64,000 nucleotides of DNA, taken from positions 5,671,751 through 5,735,750 of the forward strand of contig OZ037773.1 of the NCBI GenBank assembly GCA_964035545.1, in the 5' to 3' direction. Under the pieces are notes generated by a model. The model saw only the letters and a list, made by a program, of their open reading frames with translations. It did not search any database and was not told the origin of the DNA. Shown one piece after another: positions 63,152 to 64,000 of the stretch (the stretch's first letter is position 1; each line of letters starts with the position of its first letter). This DNA comes from Bugula neritina (Eukaryota > Animalia > Bryozoa). The position numbers and the translations under genes were made by a program.

Positions 63152-64000
63152 CTATAGCGAAATGGTGAATGAATAGTCAAGGTGGACATCTAATATTCAA
63201 GTTGTTTGCTTATGCAACACTACCCTATGCCTAGTGCCCTACCCTATGCCTAGTGCAAGTTTGGGTGATGCTCTTATAGAACTTGTTGAGGTTTCTAATG
63301 CTGATGGTGAATCCTCATTACAAAAGATACAAAAACATAAAAACTATTGGATTGTTTAATCCATTTGAAGTAATTGAAATTCAGGGCAAAACTTTAAAAC
63401 CCTGCTAGATACAAGAAGTTTTGACTTGCCTAAATGTTTAAGATTTGCAATCGTTTAATTCCAGCTTTCAGTTCAATCAAGAATTTCTAGCTGAGTCCTC
63501 AGCTACAGAAGTATTTCAAATCCTTAAATCATAGAATACTTTAGTCACTATGATTTAGACGTAGCTCTTTTTACGGTACTAGTGATTATAAACTACTACC
63601 TTAATATTGAGTAAACATGCTTATATAACTAGAAGTAGAATGGAACTGGTATTTAGTGATCAAATTCAGTCATTCATTGGTGACTCACGTGTTTATGAAA
63701 ATTGTACCTGTAGTTATTGATTACTTAACTATCCAATTGCTGGCTGGCAGCCCGTGAACACAATGGAAATTCAGATGATTTGTATGGCACAATTACCTGC
63801 TCCCATTCAATAAACTAAACTGGTTATGCACTTCGAAAAGAAATCCTAATCCGATGATAAATAGACTTATTTTAAAAATAGAGCATGAATCAACAATACC
63901 TCATTCCAATGGTGAAACGTTGCATGAAGAATAATAAGAAAATTTGGCTTATTTGGCTTTTAACGAACCAAACTTTTAGCACTAATCAATAAGGCGTATA

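Noticed and set aside
1-64000. U12-type (AT-AC or GTATCCTT) introns
   Set aside because: All introns I reconstructed have U2-type GT-AG or GC-AG ends

Overview
AT-rich, intron-dense eukaryotic DNA from an invertebrate animal (probably a protostome, judging from the HR3-type AF-2 helix; species not determinable from sequence alone). Most supplied ORFs are exon fragments or spurious. Manual splicing gives seven genes: (1) an unnamed + strand gene, 5' end outside the window, encoding calponin-homology domain / long disordered region / coiled coil / SAM domain, with two GC-AG introns; (2) ZC3H14/Nab2 (-); (3) UGCG (-); (4) POLR2G/RPB7 (-); (5) MRPL4 (+); (6) a compact HR3/ROR (NR1F) nuclear receptor (-), head-to-head with (7) CARNMT1 (+, runs off the window), whose long third intron holds a candidate antisense exon. 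Mobile DNA: an internally deleted pogo/Tigger-type transposon, a hAT MITE with an 8-bp TSD, a Harbinger-like MITE and three copies of a tRNA-derived SINE. The most striking unexplained pattern is that short, mutually unrelated tandem repeats repeatedly sit on or beside splice junctions. At six or more sites in four genes the repeat unit is a copy of the junction itself, creating ladders of decoy donors or acceptors. Exon coordinates were hand-derived and may be off by a few nt.
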